Shown here one piece after another: positions 38,515 to 50,520 of a stretch of DNA of 64,000 bases (position 1 is the first letter of the stretch; every line of letters starts with the position of its first letter). Under the pieces are notes generated by a model. That model was given only the letters and a program-made list of their open reading frames with translations. It made no database searches and was not told the DNA's origin. The DNA lies in the NCBI RefSeq assembly GCF_006345805.1, contig NC_042998.1, positions 121,458,001-121,522,000 on the forward strand, written 5' to 3'. The stretch comes from Octopus sinensis. Taxonomy: Eukaryota. The position numbers and the translations under genes were made by a program.

Positions 38515-38643
38515 ACGAAAGCAATGTTGTTGATGTTATTGGTGGTTCTCGTCTGAGTGCGACCAGCTCCAGCTCGTCAGACTCAGATACGAGCAGTGAT
38601 ACAAGCTCATCAAGTTCTTCAGACTCCAGTGACTCTGAATCAG
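38515..38643 (+). CDS. BRD4: BET exon: SEED region (ESNVVDVIGGSRLSATSSSSSDSD...SDSES); extends to TAG 38646-38648 in the short isoform
   Basis: ttgcag acceptor and TCAG|gttaga donor. 129 nt, phase 1-1. SRLS-SSSSD motif. Confidence 0.95.
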
Positions 38644-40199
38644 GTTAGACCAATGACAACACTACTGCACTATTTCCAGTGCTGCCACTCTAACTTGTAG
38701 TCTCCAAGGATCAATTATGAAGAAACGAAGTGAAACTTTAGAAAATGATAATATGGCCATTACTGGTTACATAAACATTTTTACTGGAAGTTTTCATGGT
38801 CGTTGCCAACTCGTCTCTTTGTTGTACGAGTGGAAACCCAAAGATGACAGGCTGATCGATTGCGGGCTGTGTGTAGTGTACTTGTAGGAATATTGGGGTG
38901 TTAATTTCCAGACTATTTTCTGGATGTTACAAGGCAAGTTGTACGGAAGAACAACTTACCTTTTTTTAGCCAAGAGTGCAGAATGTGTTTGTAGTATGAG
39001 GCTAGCCATTAGTGTGGCTGGTTCCCATCCTGACATACATATGTAGCCTAGTCATCTCCATTGTATAATAATACTACATGCTCACATTTATAAAAGGACA
39101 GGTTTATCTTGTGTATATATCACAGGGACAAATATGTGCTTATATATTACAGTGATGTGTTTCAGCATATATTTATCTTTACATATATACACAGGTTTTT
39201 TCTTTTCCTTTTTCTTTTTTTTTTTCTTTTTTTTTTACTTTTTTAATTTCTCTCCAAATCATGTTCATCCTTCTGGTATGATAGGGTGTGTCATTTCTGA
39301 GACATTCATTTCTTTCATTCTAAGTTCTTAAAATCAGGTGTCTGCTGGGTGTGCATGGGTGTTGACTTTCCAATTGGAAATTAAGAGCCAGCCATTATAA
39401 CGTTTGGGGGGGAAAAAAGAAGAAAAAAGTGTGATCAGAATGTAAATTTGTAACATGAAAGTAGGCTGCTTATGTGAAGCAGCTTTATCTACTTCGGTTG
39501 GCAGGTATATGGTGAAAGGCTGGCTTCTAAGTGCTGATACAATAATAGTAAAGAATAAAGACTGGCCTCTGCTGCAACACATTTCTTATGCACTCCATGG
39601 CTCATTAATGAGTATTTTGTTTTGCATTCCTCTCAATACAAGTCCATAAGCTTCATTTTTCTATTGTCAGGTGTTTTGATCATCTGTCATTTTTAAGAGA
39701 GACTATCTGCTGTTGCAGGTCATATCTTGACACAAGTAGTCATCTTCGAAACCTTGGCCTGACTCTGTGTACCTTTGTGGTGTCATTAACTGTATGTATA
39801 TATATATAAAAAAAAAAAAAATCAAAAAAAAAATCAAAAAACCCTCAGTACTACTGTAGTGAATAGTTCACCATTTGTACCTTATTCAGTATTGTAAATC
39901 CTACATCATTATACCTCATTTTGTATATACATCTAATGGTCGTCATCATGTGCAGCATAAATCTTTTAAAACAAATAAAGAAAAGGATCGAATTTTTTGT
40001 GTGTGTGTTGTTTACTGGCCTCTTAGTTTGGGTTGCCTCTTACTAAAAACAACACATTCTGCACTCATGGCTTGAACAGTTAATTTTATACTGGGGAAGA
40101 ACTAGATTTCGAGTGGGACCGTTGGTTTTACTTTTTCTAATTTAGGAAAATATTAATAATTTTTTATTTTATCCTTGAAAAATTAAAAAAAAAACATAT

Positions 40200-40209
40200 A
40201 ATAAATAAA
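40200..40209 (+). terminator. Candidate polyadenylation signal of the short isoform (overlapping AATAAA pair)
   Basis: aATAAATAAAtgtttatttgtct with a U/GU-rich downstream element. Other AATAAA at 39554 and 39974. AATAAA is common by chance in AT-rich DNA. Confidence 0.35.
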
Positions 40210-42278
40210 TGTTTATTTGTCTATTATATGTCTATATAATGACACAGTATAAGAATGAATATCTTTATTTTAAGAAAGGTAATTTGTCGAGTAAATATTG
40301 CTTTCCTTCTTAGAGAAATCTGTTTTTCATTTAACCATGCTCCTATGGTGTGAGGTTGATTAACCTCCATTCCTTTTGCTTGACTGATCCATTCAGCCAG
40401 GTAGGTTACATATTGTTCAATTGTGAATTATTAGTAGTTATTTGCTGGCAGCTTCTATTGTGTGCACCACTTGTAGCGATTTGTTGTCTGAGCAGAAATC
40501 TGTTAATAATTTTCTTTCAATCATACATATTCGAAAAAAAAAAAAACCTCCCAGTACGAATAGCTTACTTAGAGCATTCCATTGAAATATTTGAACTACA
40601 TGCCAACATGACAAATTTAAGACAGTGTAAATAGTTTTTGCACCACTGTTCCTTGTTGATCACCTTGTCTACTACTACATTTTTTTCTGTGCCCCTTTAT
40701 TTGCAGAACTGAGTCTTTCTTCTGCTGTTTTCTTCCTTTCAATTCCACTTTGCACCACTTTGATCATGGTGTTGCCCAGTGGATAATGTTTTTTGTGTTT
40801 ATATTTCAATATTTAAAAAAAAAAATTAATTAGGTTAGTAGGGGTAATCTGGTGTTTTCCTCTTGACCCATTTTGTTTAGATGACTCGTTATTTTTCTTT
40901 TACAATCTTAGTCTTTCAAATGTGCATCTGTTCACTGCCAGCATTGCCAAAAATATATTACTCCTTTCTTTACTTTCGGAGCAAAAACATGTCGTTGATT
41001 GCACTAAAAAGTCCTTTCTGCTGTTATTTTTAATATATATAAATATATATAAAAAAAAATATATGTTAGTATGTTTTGACTAGCATATTTTCCAGATGTC
41101 ATTAATTAAAACAAAATGCATTTGTATTGCTATTACAGTACTGTAAATGTAATGCCAGTTCATACTGTACAGAGTTAGAATTTTCTGTATTCAACTTTTG
41201 TATATATATGTGTATCCATTCTAAGATAATGGAGCATACTTGTACATTTTTCTTACATAGTATTTTTCTCCTAATTTCTAACTTGTTTTCATTTATCTTT
41301 AGGATAGCATTATTTAATTTATCTTTTGCTGACATCAGTTGTGTCACAGATACTCTTCACCGGCTCTTAAAGCTGAGGGATGATGAACCAGCAGCTTGGT
41401 GTTCTAATGAGCTACATTTAAAAATTGTTACATATAAACACCCATAGTTTTTAAAATTTTATTTTAGATGAAGTCATTTAAACTCCCAACAATTATTTCT
41501 ACTTGCATAGTTTTAGCAACACTTTCCTGCATGTTATGGGTTTTGATACTCTAAATCTAAGTTAATCTCTTAATAAACAACCCATAGATTTTACGTTTTA
41601 TTTTCATATATATAAATATATATATATATACACATTCATACAAACAAAACACACATTTCTTATTTTTATTTTGAAATTGAAAAATCTATCAAGCCACTAG
41701 TAGAATGAGTTGTTGGAGGCAATCCAAAACCTCTGGTACAAACTTTTACTTTCCTCTTGAGTTCATTTCTCATACTTTCCTGTTGCTGATATTTTTCTTT
41801 GTTGAAATCATCATTCATTGAAAAATTCTCCATTGATTTTTATATTCCAATCTACCTCTAGGATAGTACTCTTGCACCATTCTGAATTCTAACCCTTCCC
41901 ATTTTAAGGCTGCTTTTTACAAATTGCTACTATTTTTGTGAGCATTATCGACTTTTAGTTCCCTGAATTTTTTAATCTTACCAGTTCATAGGAAATGTTT
42001 TGAATACTTTTCAACAATTCAGATGTTGAAAATGTTTCAATATTGTAAGCAGCTTTTTTCATGTATATTGGAAAGTGTTAAAAATATATATTTGTTATAT
42101 GGTCCTTAAGTTACTTAGAATTCTCTTAAATTACATTGCTTACGCTTGTAAGGTTTTACCTCTAAAAGTTAGAGTTTAAAGAATAATTTTCAATGAATGA
42201 TGACTTCAGCATTTAAATTTTTATTATTCATTTATTAAGAATGGTAGAAAACATTAAATTTCTCCATTCTCGTTTGCA

Positions 42279-42312
<34 letters not shown>

Positions 42313-44041
42313 TTTTAGCTTTAATAAGATATATTAGACATTTAATGGCAATTTAAGCAAGGTTTTAGAAGCTATCTCGGTTTGTTTTAAATCTTTTAAC
42401 CATATTTCATTAAATGTATTGAGATTGTTTCTGTAAATTGTTGCTAAATTGAAAATCTCCTCAAGACCTTGAAAACTAATGGTCTACAAATTTGAATGAA
42501 GATTTTGCTGAATGTTCATTTAAGATCAAACAGCAGGTGAAGAGGTATTAATAGTGTCATCTGGATGTTTACTAACCTCAAATATATTTAATCCTAAAGT
42601 TAGAGATTATGAGTCTTTAAATATCTGGGTTCATCAATTTTAACTAACTGGAAACTATTGATTTGAAAACTATACAGTTTCAGGCATGAACTACACAATA
42701 AAACAATTTTTGACTGAAAGCTGTGTGTGTGTGCATACGAACACACACAATTATTTTTCATAGGTTATTCCAACTGTAGGAAGTAATAATAAATAAAAAA
42801 TACTGACATTTAGTTAATTAACATACAAAATAATAATATACTTTGTGATTAATATAATGTGGATTTAACTTAATCAATGAACTACTGTAATTATTATTAT
42901 TATTTAAAAAATTTTTTTTTAATAGATTTTAAATTGGTAGAATTTCTTTCAGCTCTTAACTTTAATACTTGTCAATCCACTTTTTATTTAAGGAAGAACT
43001 TTTGTGATAGTTAAATAACAAGTTTAGCTATTAATTATTCTCTGAATTTGTAAGTTCATTGCAAGATGATTCTGGTGAGTGTACAGGCATGAGGTAGGTG
43101 TTAGTAAATACTGGACACAAACATGTGCACACACACTTGCACTATCATGTGTGTATGTAACTTTTCTAATTGGTAAGGGTTTTACATATTTAATTTTTTT
43201 CTTTAATGTTTCATAGCTGATGTTTATGTTGAAACTTCAAAGATCCATATTAGACCACTGGAAAATGTGTTATTTCAAGATACAATGGCATTAACTGAGC
43301 ATCTATTCCTGAAGTTACATCCTAAGTAGAGGGTGGGGACAAAAAGCATTGCTCACACAGTTATTGGTAATGATTACATTGCTAGGCAGTGAACAGTGAC
43401 AATTTTCTCGATTATTTTCTTTTGGTTTTTTTCCCCTTCCCCTTCAATTCTCTTCTGGAATGCCATCCCTTTCCTTTCATCCTAAAAACCTATTAACTGT
43501 TACATTGACAGTGAATTTCTTTATCACTGTGATCAATAGAACTAACATTTGTAAATTATTTCTGTAGCTGTTTTTCTTGGTTACAATGAGTGTCTGTTAC
43601 AGTACGATGATTTTCCTCTTAAAATGCTTAGATATGAAAATGAAAAAATATAAACATTGCCAACTGCCATTCATATACAGATGTTCTTATTTTCATTTGA
43701 AACAATAGCTATTTCTTTCTTTTCTTTCAAATCTGCCAAACAATTTATCTCAAGTGTGCCACCTTCAAATTATTATATTCTTCTCATCTTGAAACAATTA
43801 GGTTCCATGGTTGATATTAGCAATAAAATTATTTTTAGCAAAAAATGAAATTTTTGTATGTTTGTGGGCATGCATGTAAATGTACATATTTTATATTTAT
43901 TCAGCTAGATTGATTATAAAAGATTAGTGTGGATGCTGGCTGCTCAGACAATACATCATTCTATCTTTCTCTATTTCAATAAGGAGCACAGCAGTTTTAC
44001 AAACTAATTAGTTGTATTGTATATATTGATTTCCTTTGCAG

Positions 44042-44082
44042 AAACTCCACGTAAGAAAGCACCAAAGAGTGAACCACAAAAG
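44042..44082 (+). CDS. BRD4: BET long-isoform exon ((E)TPRKKAPKSEPQK)
   Basis: tttgcag / gtaaga. 41 nt, phase 1-0, bridging the flanking phases. Confidence 0.88.
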
Positions 44083-44570
44083 GTAAGATATGAAAGTCAA
44101 CATTTATGTAGACAATGTCTTTAAGCTATACTACTTAGTTGAATTCTCTATGAACTTGTGTACTTTCACACACACACACATATATATGGATAGACATGCG
44201 CGCGCACAAACATGCACACATTCTCTAAAGAAAAACGTATCTGTTCGGAATTTCTTCAGTGGCTTAGTGTTTCTCTGAAATGTTACTTTATGTTAGTGTC
44301 GTACCAAAAGTTTTATTGCCTCTATTATATAAATTATTCTACATATTTCCCTTCTCATCTTAATTTTATTTTGCAAATTGCTACTACTTGAAAATATGAT
44401 TGAGAAATTAGAAAAGCTAAATTTTGATATTATCTTATACTGATTCTATATGTCCACTTATGTACTTACAGTTGATTATATTGGAAATAATATCATTCCT
44501 GAATTTTTCATATTGTAAAGAAATAAATTTTAGCTGATGTCAATATAACCTCATTTGCTGTTATTTCTAG

Positions 44571-44838
44571 CTTAGTCCAGCAATGTCACCATCTGTAAAG
44601 ATCACCATTGGGGGAAATGTTCAGTCACAAGGAGCTGATAATAAACCATATCACATGCAGCGTAATGCTACCGGTCCCGTAGCAGGAAATACACCTACCC
44701 AAATGACTCAGGCAGCTGAACATCATCACTATCAGCAACAACAACAAACAATGGCTTCCTCAGTAGCGCCACCACCAGCTAGTCTTCCAGCATCAGTGAT
44801 TCAGCACAAACCTGCCAACACATCACCTGCAGTTGTTG
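44571..44838 (+). CDS. BRD4: BET long-isoform exon, Pro/Gln/His-rich (LSPAMSPSVK...HHHYQQQQQ...SPAVV)
   Basis: ttctag / gtaggt. 268 nt, phase 0-1. Confidence 0.88.
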
Positions 44839-45428
44839 GTAGGTACCTGTTCTGTACATAGTTACTTTTTTTTTTTTTTGTCTCTTTGAGTCAGGCATAA
44901 CCAAAATATACCAAAATAAACATCCAGATATATCAAATTGAAAAAATATTAAAAAAACTTACTTCAAAATATCCGGTCCTTCATATAAAAGTACAAAAGG
45001 GGTTCCTTATTTATTACATAATGGTTGTCTTGATTGTATTCATGTATTATTTGAACTAGAACCGTTGGAAACTTAAATTAGTACCTGTCTGTCTATGATA
45101 AACTTCTTCCTAAGCTTGGGACATTACCAGCTTTGAAAAGAAGTAAAATTAAATTCTACATCAGTGTTTTCTATTCTTGTTGTAAAATGTTGTAAGCAAT
45201 AGTTTTGCACATTTTATTTTAATTGGTTGTATTTGTTCTCATAAATTTTTGTTACACGTAAGATTAATTTACCACCAGGGCCCATTTAGTATAAGTTAAT
45301 CCAATAGTATAGTGGTCTACACTTGTGATAGAAGCAACACTCAACTATCATGATTGCTGCAGTGTTGCTGGCTAAATTGTGTTTGGCCATATATTGGTGT
45401 ACTAATAAAAGTTATTGTTTCCCTACAG

Positions 45429-45530
45429 CGGTTCCTCCTCTTAACTCAAAGCCTGTTACACATTCACTTCCAATGCAACCTAGTCGGCCAACAGCCACTG
45501 CAACTGTTAAACCACAGATCAAGACAACCA
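45429..45530 (+). CDS. BRD4: BET long-isoform exon (VPPLNSKPVTHSLPMQPSRPTATATVKPQIKTT)
   Basis: ctacag / gtaagt. 102 nt, phase 1-1. LP.QPSRP.A.A resembles the invertebrate BET C-terminal region. Confidence 0.88.
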
Positions 45531-47156
45531 GTAAGTTGTTATGTAACACTATTATAAAAGGACACAGCCCTATGAGTTTGAGTAATGTCTTTTAACTCCC
45601 TATTTTCAAATGTCTTTAAAATTGTATCTTCCAATTAAATTTTTAAATTTGAAGCACAACCTTTAAATTATGCTTCAGTCATATATTCTGTATACTTTTA
45701 TACACAGTTCACTTTCAAAAAGTATTTTGTTGCGGTCTTTTATTTCTGTTCTATAACATTATAACATAATTCTCTATTGTAAAGTTGCGTAAGATTTCTC
45801 CAGAATGTTTGAATTTGAAGTTTTAAGATACATCATGTTAATTTTCTTAAAGTTTGCATGGATGGAAGTAGCAGATATTTTTAATTAGTACTCATTCAGA
45901 ACCTTTTTATATCGCTTTAAGCTATTTTCACTAGTATTTTTATGTGTTTATTTTCAGTAATGCCTAATACATATAAATTATAATGATATGCAAATTAAAA
46001 ATATATACTTGTAGGCAAACATAAAAAGATATATATTTGATATATGTTTGAGAGGCTAGTATTTTACTGATAGAAAATAAAATAGCTGAAAATCGTGGAT
46101 AATGTAATAAATGTGTTTGTAGATATCTCTTTAGCTCCTGAGGTCTTTTTCGGAACTTTACTTAGCTCTGATTTCATGATCTCCCCCTTGTTTGGTTGGC
46201 AACCTTTAATGAGTAACCATATCACATGATTTAATGCTAATTCTTAACATGTGGCACAATCTCACATTACATTTTGTTCATTTGACTTGTATTTGTTATT
46301 AAACTTGATTTGTAAAATTAATTCATATGCTTGTTTGTGAAGCTGAATTTGTTGAAATTAAATATCAAAATAACAAATTTAGGATGAAACTGGTTTACAA
46401 TTTGTTGTAATCAAGTGACCCCAATGAACACTTTGGCATCTACTACTGTATTCTTCCTTGGGTACTTTATTGACATATGGATCACCACTTAAATACTTCA
46501 TTTTCAGTTAAACCATAGGTTTGTTCAGAACCCATACCTCTTCAGGTAATTTCATGGAAGGATTTGAGGTTGGCAATAAGATGGGGTTTTTTGAGGTGGG
46601 GTTATCCTTTCTCCTCCTTTGGTTAATGAAAAAGCTAAGTATTTTGTTAACAACTTTAGTTCATTGATACTGATGACTGCTACATCTTGTATTGAAAATT
46701 AGGTGATTATTCTTCTGTCAGTTATTTTGCCTCCAAATTAACAGCTGTTGGGTTACTTGTGCCAATTTTACTATGTCATCCTTTAGTTAACAGACTTGTC
46801 TTTTAGCAGTTGTTAAAAGTATTTTCAGAAAAAGATAGCCTTTAGTTGAGAATGGCTTTCTTATTCTTAGTCTTTGGCTTAATACAAAGCTGCAAACTGT
46901 TCATGTTATAATTTTATGACTGGAGTTAATATATTTGTGTGCTAAGAAGCAACATATTCAGTATAGCAAAGTTTGAACTCATTATCTTGTGGTTAGTCCT
47001 GCATATTTTATATTGTACAAGAAATGTTCAAGAGATGATGAAATCTATGGTTAAACGTATATAACAATTTATATTATAAAATCAATCATGCCTGCCAAGT
47101 TTTCTTTATCAAACTAAATTAGTAAATTCCAATTTGTTGTAACATATTATTTTCAG

Positions 47157-47402
47157 TAAATTCCGGTAGTAATGTTCCTGCAGCTAATTTGGCAAGTTCA
47201 CAAAATAATGCAAAACCTGGATCACCTCCTCCACTTATTTCATCTCCATTGAAATCCCTCCCAGAATTGCGGCCACCATCACCTATTGTTCAGACTCCTC
47301 CAGCTGAAAGGGCAAAAGAAGCTTTCAAATTTCCCATGAGTGATGAGGAATCTAACAGTCCTAAACCAAGTCCTAAAACGTCTGCTTCTGGTGGCACTGT
47401 CT
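47157..47402 (+). CDS. BRD4: BET long-isoform exon, Ser/Pro-rich (NSGSNVPAAN...SDEESNSPKPSPKTSASGGTV)
   Basis: tttcag / gtaagt. 246 nt, phase 1-1. Confidence 0.88.
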
Positions 47403-48669
47403 GTAAGTAGGAAATAACTGTCTTCACTTGTCACTTCTTTGTTATAAGTGTTTGTCACTGTGTTATAATTTTAGTAATCAAGACTAGCAAAAGCTTCTGG
47501 GTATAAATGTTGTGTAGAAAATTTCATTTCACCAAATCTTGCCACTGATTGTTGTCAAAAATGCTTTTGGTATCCTTTTAATATTTTCTACTTTTATTTA
47601 GAAATAGGTTGTTTTGGGAGCCAATTTGCATCTTTGGTGGTGGTGGGTGTGCTGTTTATAATTATCATTTTATTGTAAAACTATTTGGCAGCTTAGCTTT
47701 CTTAATTGATAAATCTGAACTTAATAGATTATTGCTACATCTTCAATATTTGAGCGTCAAGCTTTGAGGTTTCTCATTGCAGTTTTTTATGTGAAATGTG
47801 GCTAATAGTACACAATGGGAAATAGCATTTTATACACCAGACAAGGAATAAATAGCCATTGATTATTGGTGGTGGTAAATTGTACAATAAAATTTAACAG
47901 TACACAGGAGGCATACTACTTGGTGGGTTTTTTTTTTTTTTTATTTAAATTATTCCCTCCTGGAGTGTGAAATATATCAAACCTAATCAAATTGTAGCCT
48001 TACAGATTTTGCTTTATTTATCATTAAAAGCATTTACCCCCAATATTTAGGGATATGGGACTTCGACTTTTGCTATCAAGAAAGTGTCAGACTTTATTTC
48101 TGCTAAGTGTTGGGTCACAATCAACACCACTGTCCAATACACCAATTTGAAATAGCTAGACTGTGCATGAAGCTGTCTTCATTGCAAGCTTTCAGACTTT
48201 GCTGTGCTGTATTTTCCCATGACTACTTCTCATTCTGTGATACAAAACCTCCCATTTTCTGATGGTCATATATTTAAATTAAAACCATCATAATTATATA
48301 TAAGAACTTTATCATTACTTTTCAAGACTAATTTCAACTTGTAGGCACTGTATTTTAATAGAAATATAGTTATGAAGGAGCTAAAACAATATATAAAGTT
48401 TGAGGGAAACATAAATATTACCATATACCAACATCTTTCACTTTCTATCGTCCACATCTTTTAATGCATGGTTTGATTTAAATGCATGTTTAGTACTTTT
48501 TGTGTATTTATTGTCTGATTACATCACTTCTTGTTTTATCCTTGCTTCCATTTGCCTGCTTATTGCGTTTCTCTTCGTCACTCTTATCATCCTCTCTTCT
48601 TTTTTGTTGCCTTGCTCAATGCACACTGCTGTCTCTTTTCACTCCGTGTTTTTTGACAATTTCTTTTAG

Positions 48670-48729
48670 CTGAGAGACAACAAAGAAAATCTAATTGGGA
48701 TGTCAGCAAAATTGTAAATGTTGGAAAAG
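48670..48729 (+). CDS. Candidate 60-nt cassette exon ((S)ERQQRKSNWDVSKIVNVGK)
   Basis: cttttag acceptor after a 174-nt AG-free pyrimidine tract, AAAG|gtatga donor. Phase 1-1, open in the host frame. Confidence 0.65.
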
Positions 48730-49053
48730 GTATGAAATGATGGGCTATCCATTTTTGTCTTGAATGTTGCCACTTGATTGTGCTTCTACAAAATGGTCAC
48801 TGGAAAAACATATATTTCCTTGATAGACAGAAAAAAATTTTGCTAAAGAATATTTATTGAATATTTGACAAACTACAATTAGTATTTTATAATTGGATTC
48901 CGTTATCTTTCGCCCCTTGGTATGAATTTTTGTGTACCTGTTCAAACAGGTTTTCAGGAATAATTGTTTTAATACATTGTTATCCAAAAAGTGAGTAGAT
49001 CTTTGTCGTGTAGTTTCTTTGAGCTTAATTTTCTTTTTTTTCTTTTTTTCCAG

Positions 49054-49133
49054 CTGGATCTGGTCTGTCATTTGGTATAGGTTCTCTGGTTGACAATAAA
49101 AAAGATAATAAGACAAAAAAGGGAAATGCTAAG
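49054..49133 (+). CDS. BRD4: BET long-isoform exon (GSGLSFGIGSLVDNKKDNKTKKGNAK)
   Basis: T-tract ccag / gtatga. 80 nt, phase 1-0, needed for the phase change. Confidence 0.85.
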
Positions 49134-49506
49134 GTATGAACTAAAGGTTTTAAAATAATCTCAGTATGTTTTGTGGTCAGTATGTTTGCTGGTATTGAGA
49201 CAAAGATATTGGATGTAGAAATTAGATAAAAATGCATTATTTCTCTATTGACTTTGTAATGTTAGCCATGATAACCTACATTTGGTATGGAGAATGTGAA
49301 TTGAAATAAATAGGCCAGATCTTAGGGTATTGGGTTAACATATTAGATGACCCATGGTTAAGCAGAGTGATAATGATTGCGAATTAACTTCTAAAAATTT
49401 TAATGGAAATGATGATGTCTGTTTTTACACATTTCTTTTGATTAAATAATGTTTTAACTTTTATTTTTGGTAATACTATAAAAAGTATTTGATGGTTTTT
49501 TTGCAG

Positions 49507-49647
49507 CAAGACATCAGGCTGAATAATGCTGTATCATGGTCAAGTTTAGGTAAAAATAGTAATACAAGTGGCAGTACAGTGAGAAAGACCCCAGCTATGG
49601 AATGTTTTGAAGTTTTCCGTAGACAAGCTAAAGAGAAAGAAGAAAGG
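49507..49647 (+). CDS. BRD4: BET CTD exon (QDIRLNNAVSWSSLG...FEVFRRQAKEKEER)
   Basis: ttgcag / gttcgt. 141 nt, phase 0-0. Resembles BRD4 KNMGSWASL...FEQFRRAAREKEER. Confidence 0.92.
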
Positions 49648-49910
49648 GTTCGTTTACCTTGGAAGTTTTATTTTTCTCTTTATAAAATGAGTATTTGTAA
49701 TATATCATTCCTTTTTTTAAATGTTTACTTATATTACTGTTTATCCAGAAAATACTGGTTTGATAACCCAGTATTCAAGCAAACTGCTTAGCTGTTTGGT
49801 TTTTTTTTTTTGTAAAGTTCTCTGAATAGTGATAATTTGTTATTTTATATTACATTTATGAAGTATCTGAAGCATTGAATAAAGAAAAACAAGTGTGCCC
49901 AATTTACAGT

Positions 49911-50520
49911 ATAATAATGATAATAATAATGAAATTATTGTATACAGTGCTCAGGTGCACCACAACTTGTCAAAAGTGCGTATAAAGCATATGCAGTAAT
50001 GTACAAGTGTCTGGAAAGTGAACAGTGTATGAGTCAGATACATGCTTGCGTGTGTATGGAGGGGAGAAAATCAGGTGTAGTGTTGGTGAATCTCAGGAAG
50101 CATGGAAGTTTTGAAGGATGCAGTGCTCCGACAACTGATGTCGGCAGTTTGTTCCATGCTTCAGTAACTCTTAGCGTGAAAAAACATTTCTGAAAGTTGT
50201 GGGAGCTGTGCTGATTTCTGACTTTATAAACATGTCCACGGGTGTTAGACAGGTGGAGTTTGAAAAGGTGCTCAGAGTTATTGTTTGTAAGATGGTTAAT
50301 AATTTTACGAGTATCTGCCAAGTCAGCTGCCTGGCATCAGAGTTTCAATGTATCCATGCCCAGGGAAGTAAGGCGTTCAGAATATGGCAAATGCCTGATG
50401 GAGGGTATTGTCTTGGTTGCACGTTGCTGAATGGCTTCCAGATGATTAATATCCTGGGCAAGATAGGGGTTCCAGACCGGTGATGCAAATTCCAGGTGAG
50501 ATTGCACCTTAGCTATATAA
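49911..50520 (-). mobile_element. CR1 family A, older diverged copy with longer 3' UTR
   Basis: Homologous to 7350-8053 with frameshifts, plus about 80 nt of extra 3'UTR (49985-50067). Confidence 0.88.

Noticed and set aside
46134-46141. ag|ctcctgag|gt microexon
   Set aside because: 8 nt would shift the frame in a phase 1-1 intron, and the donor gtcttt is poor.
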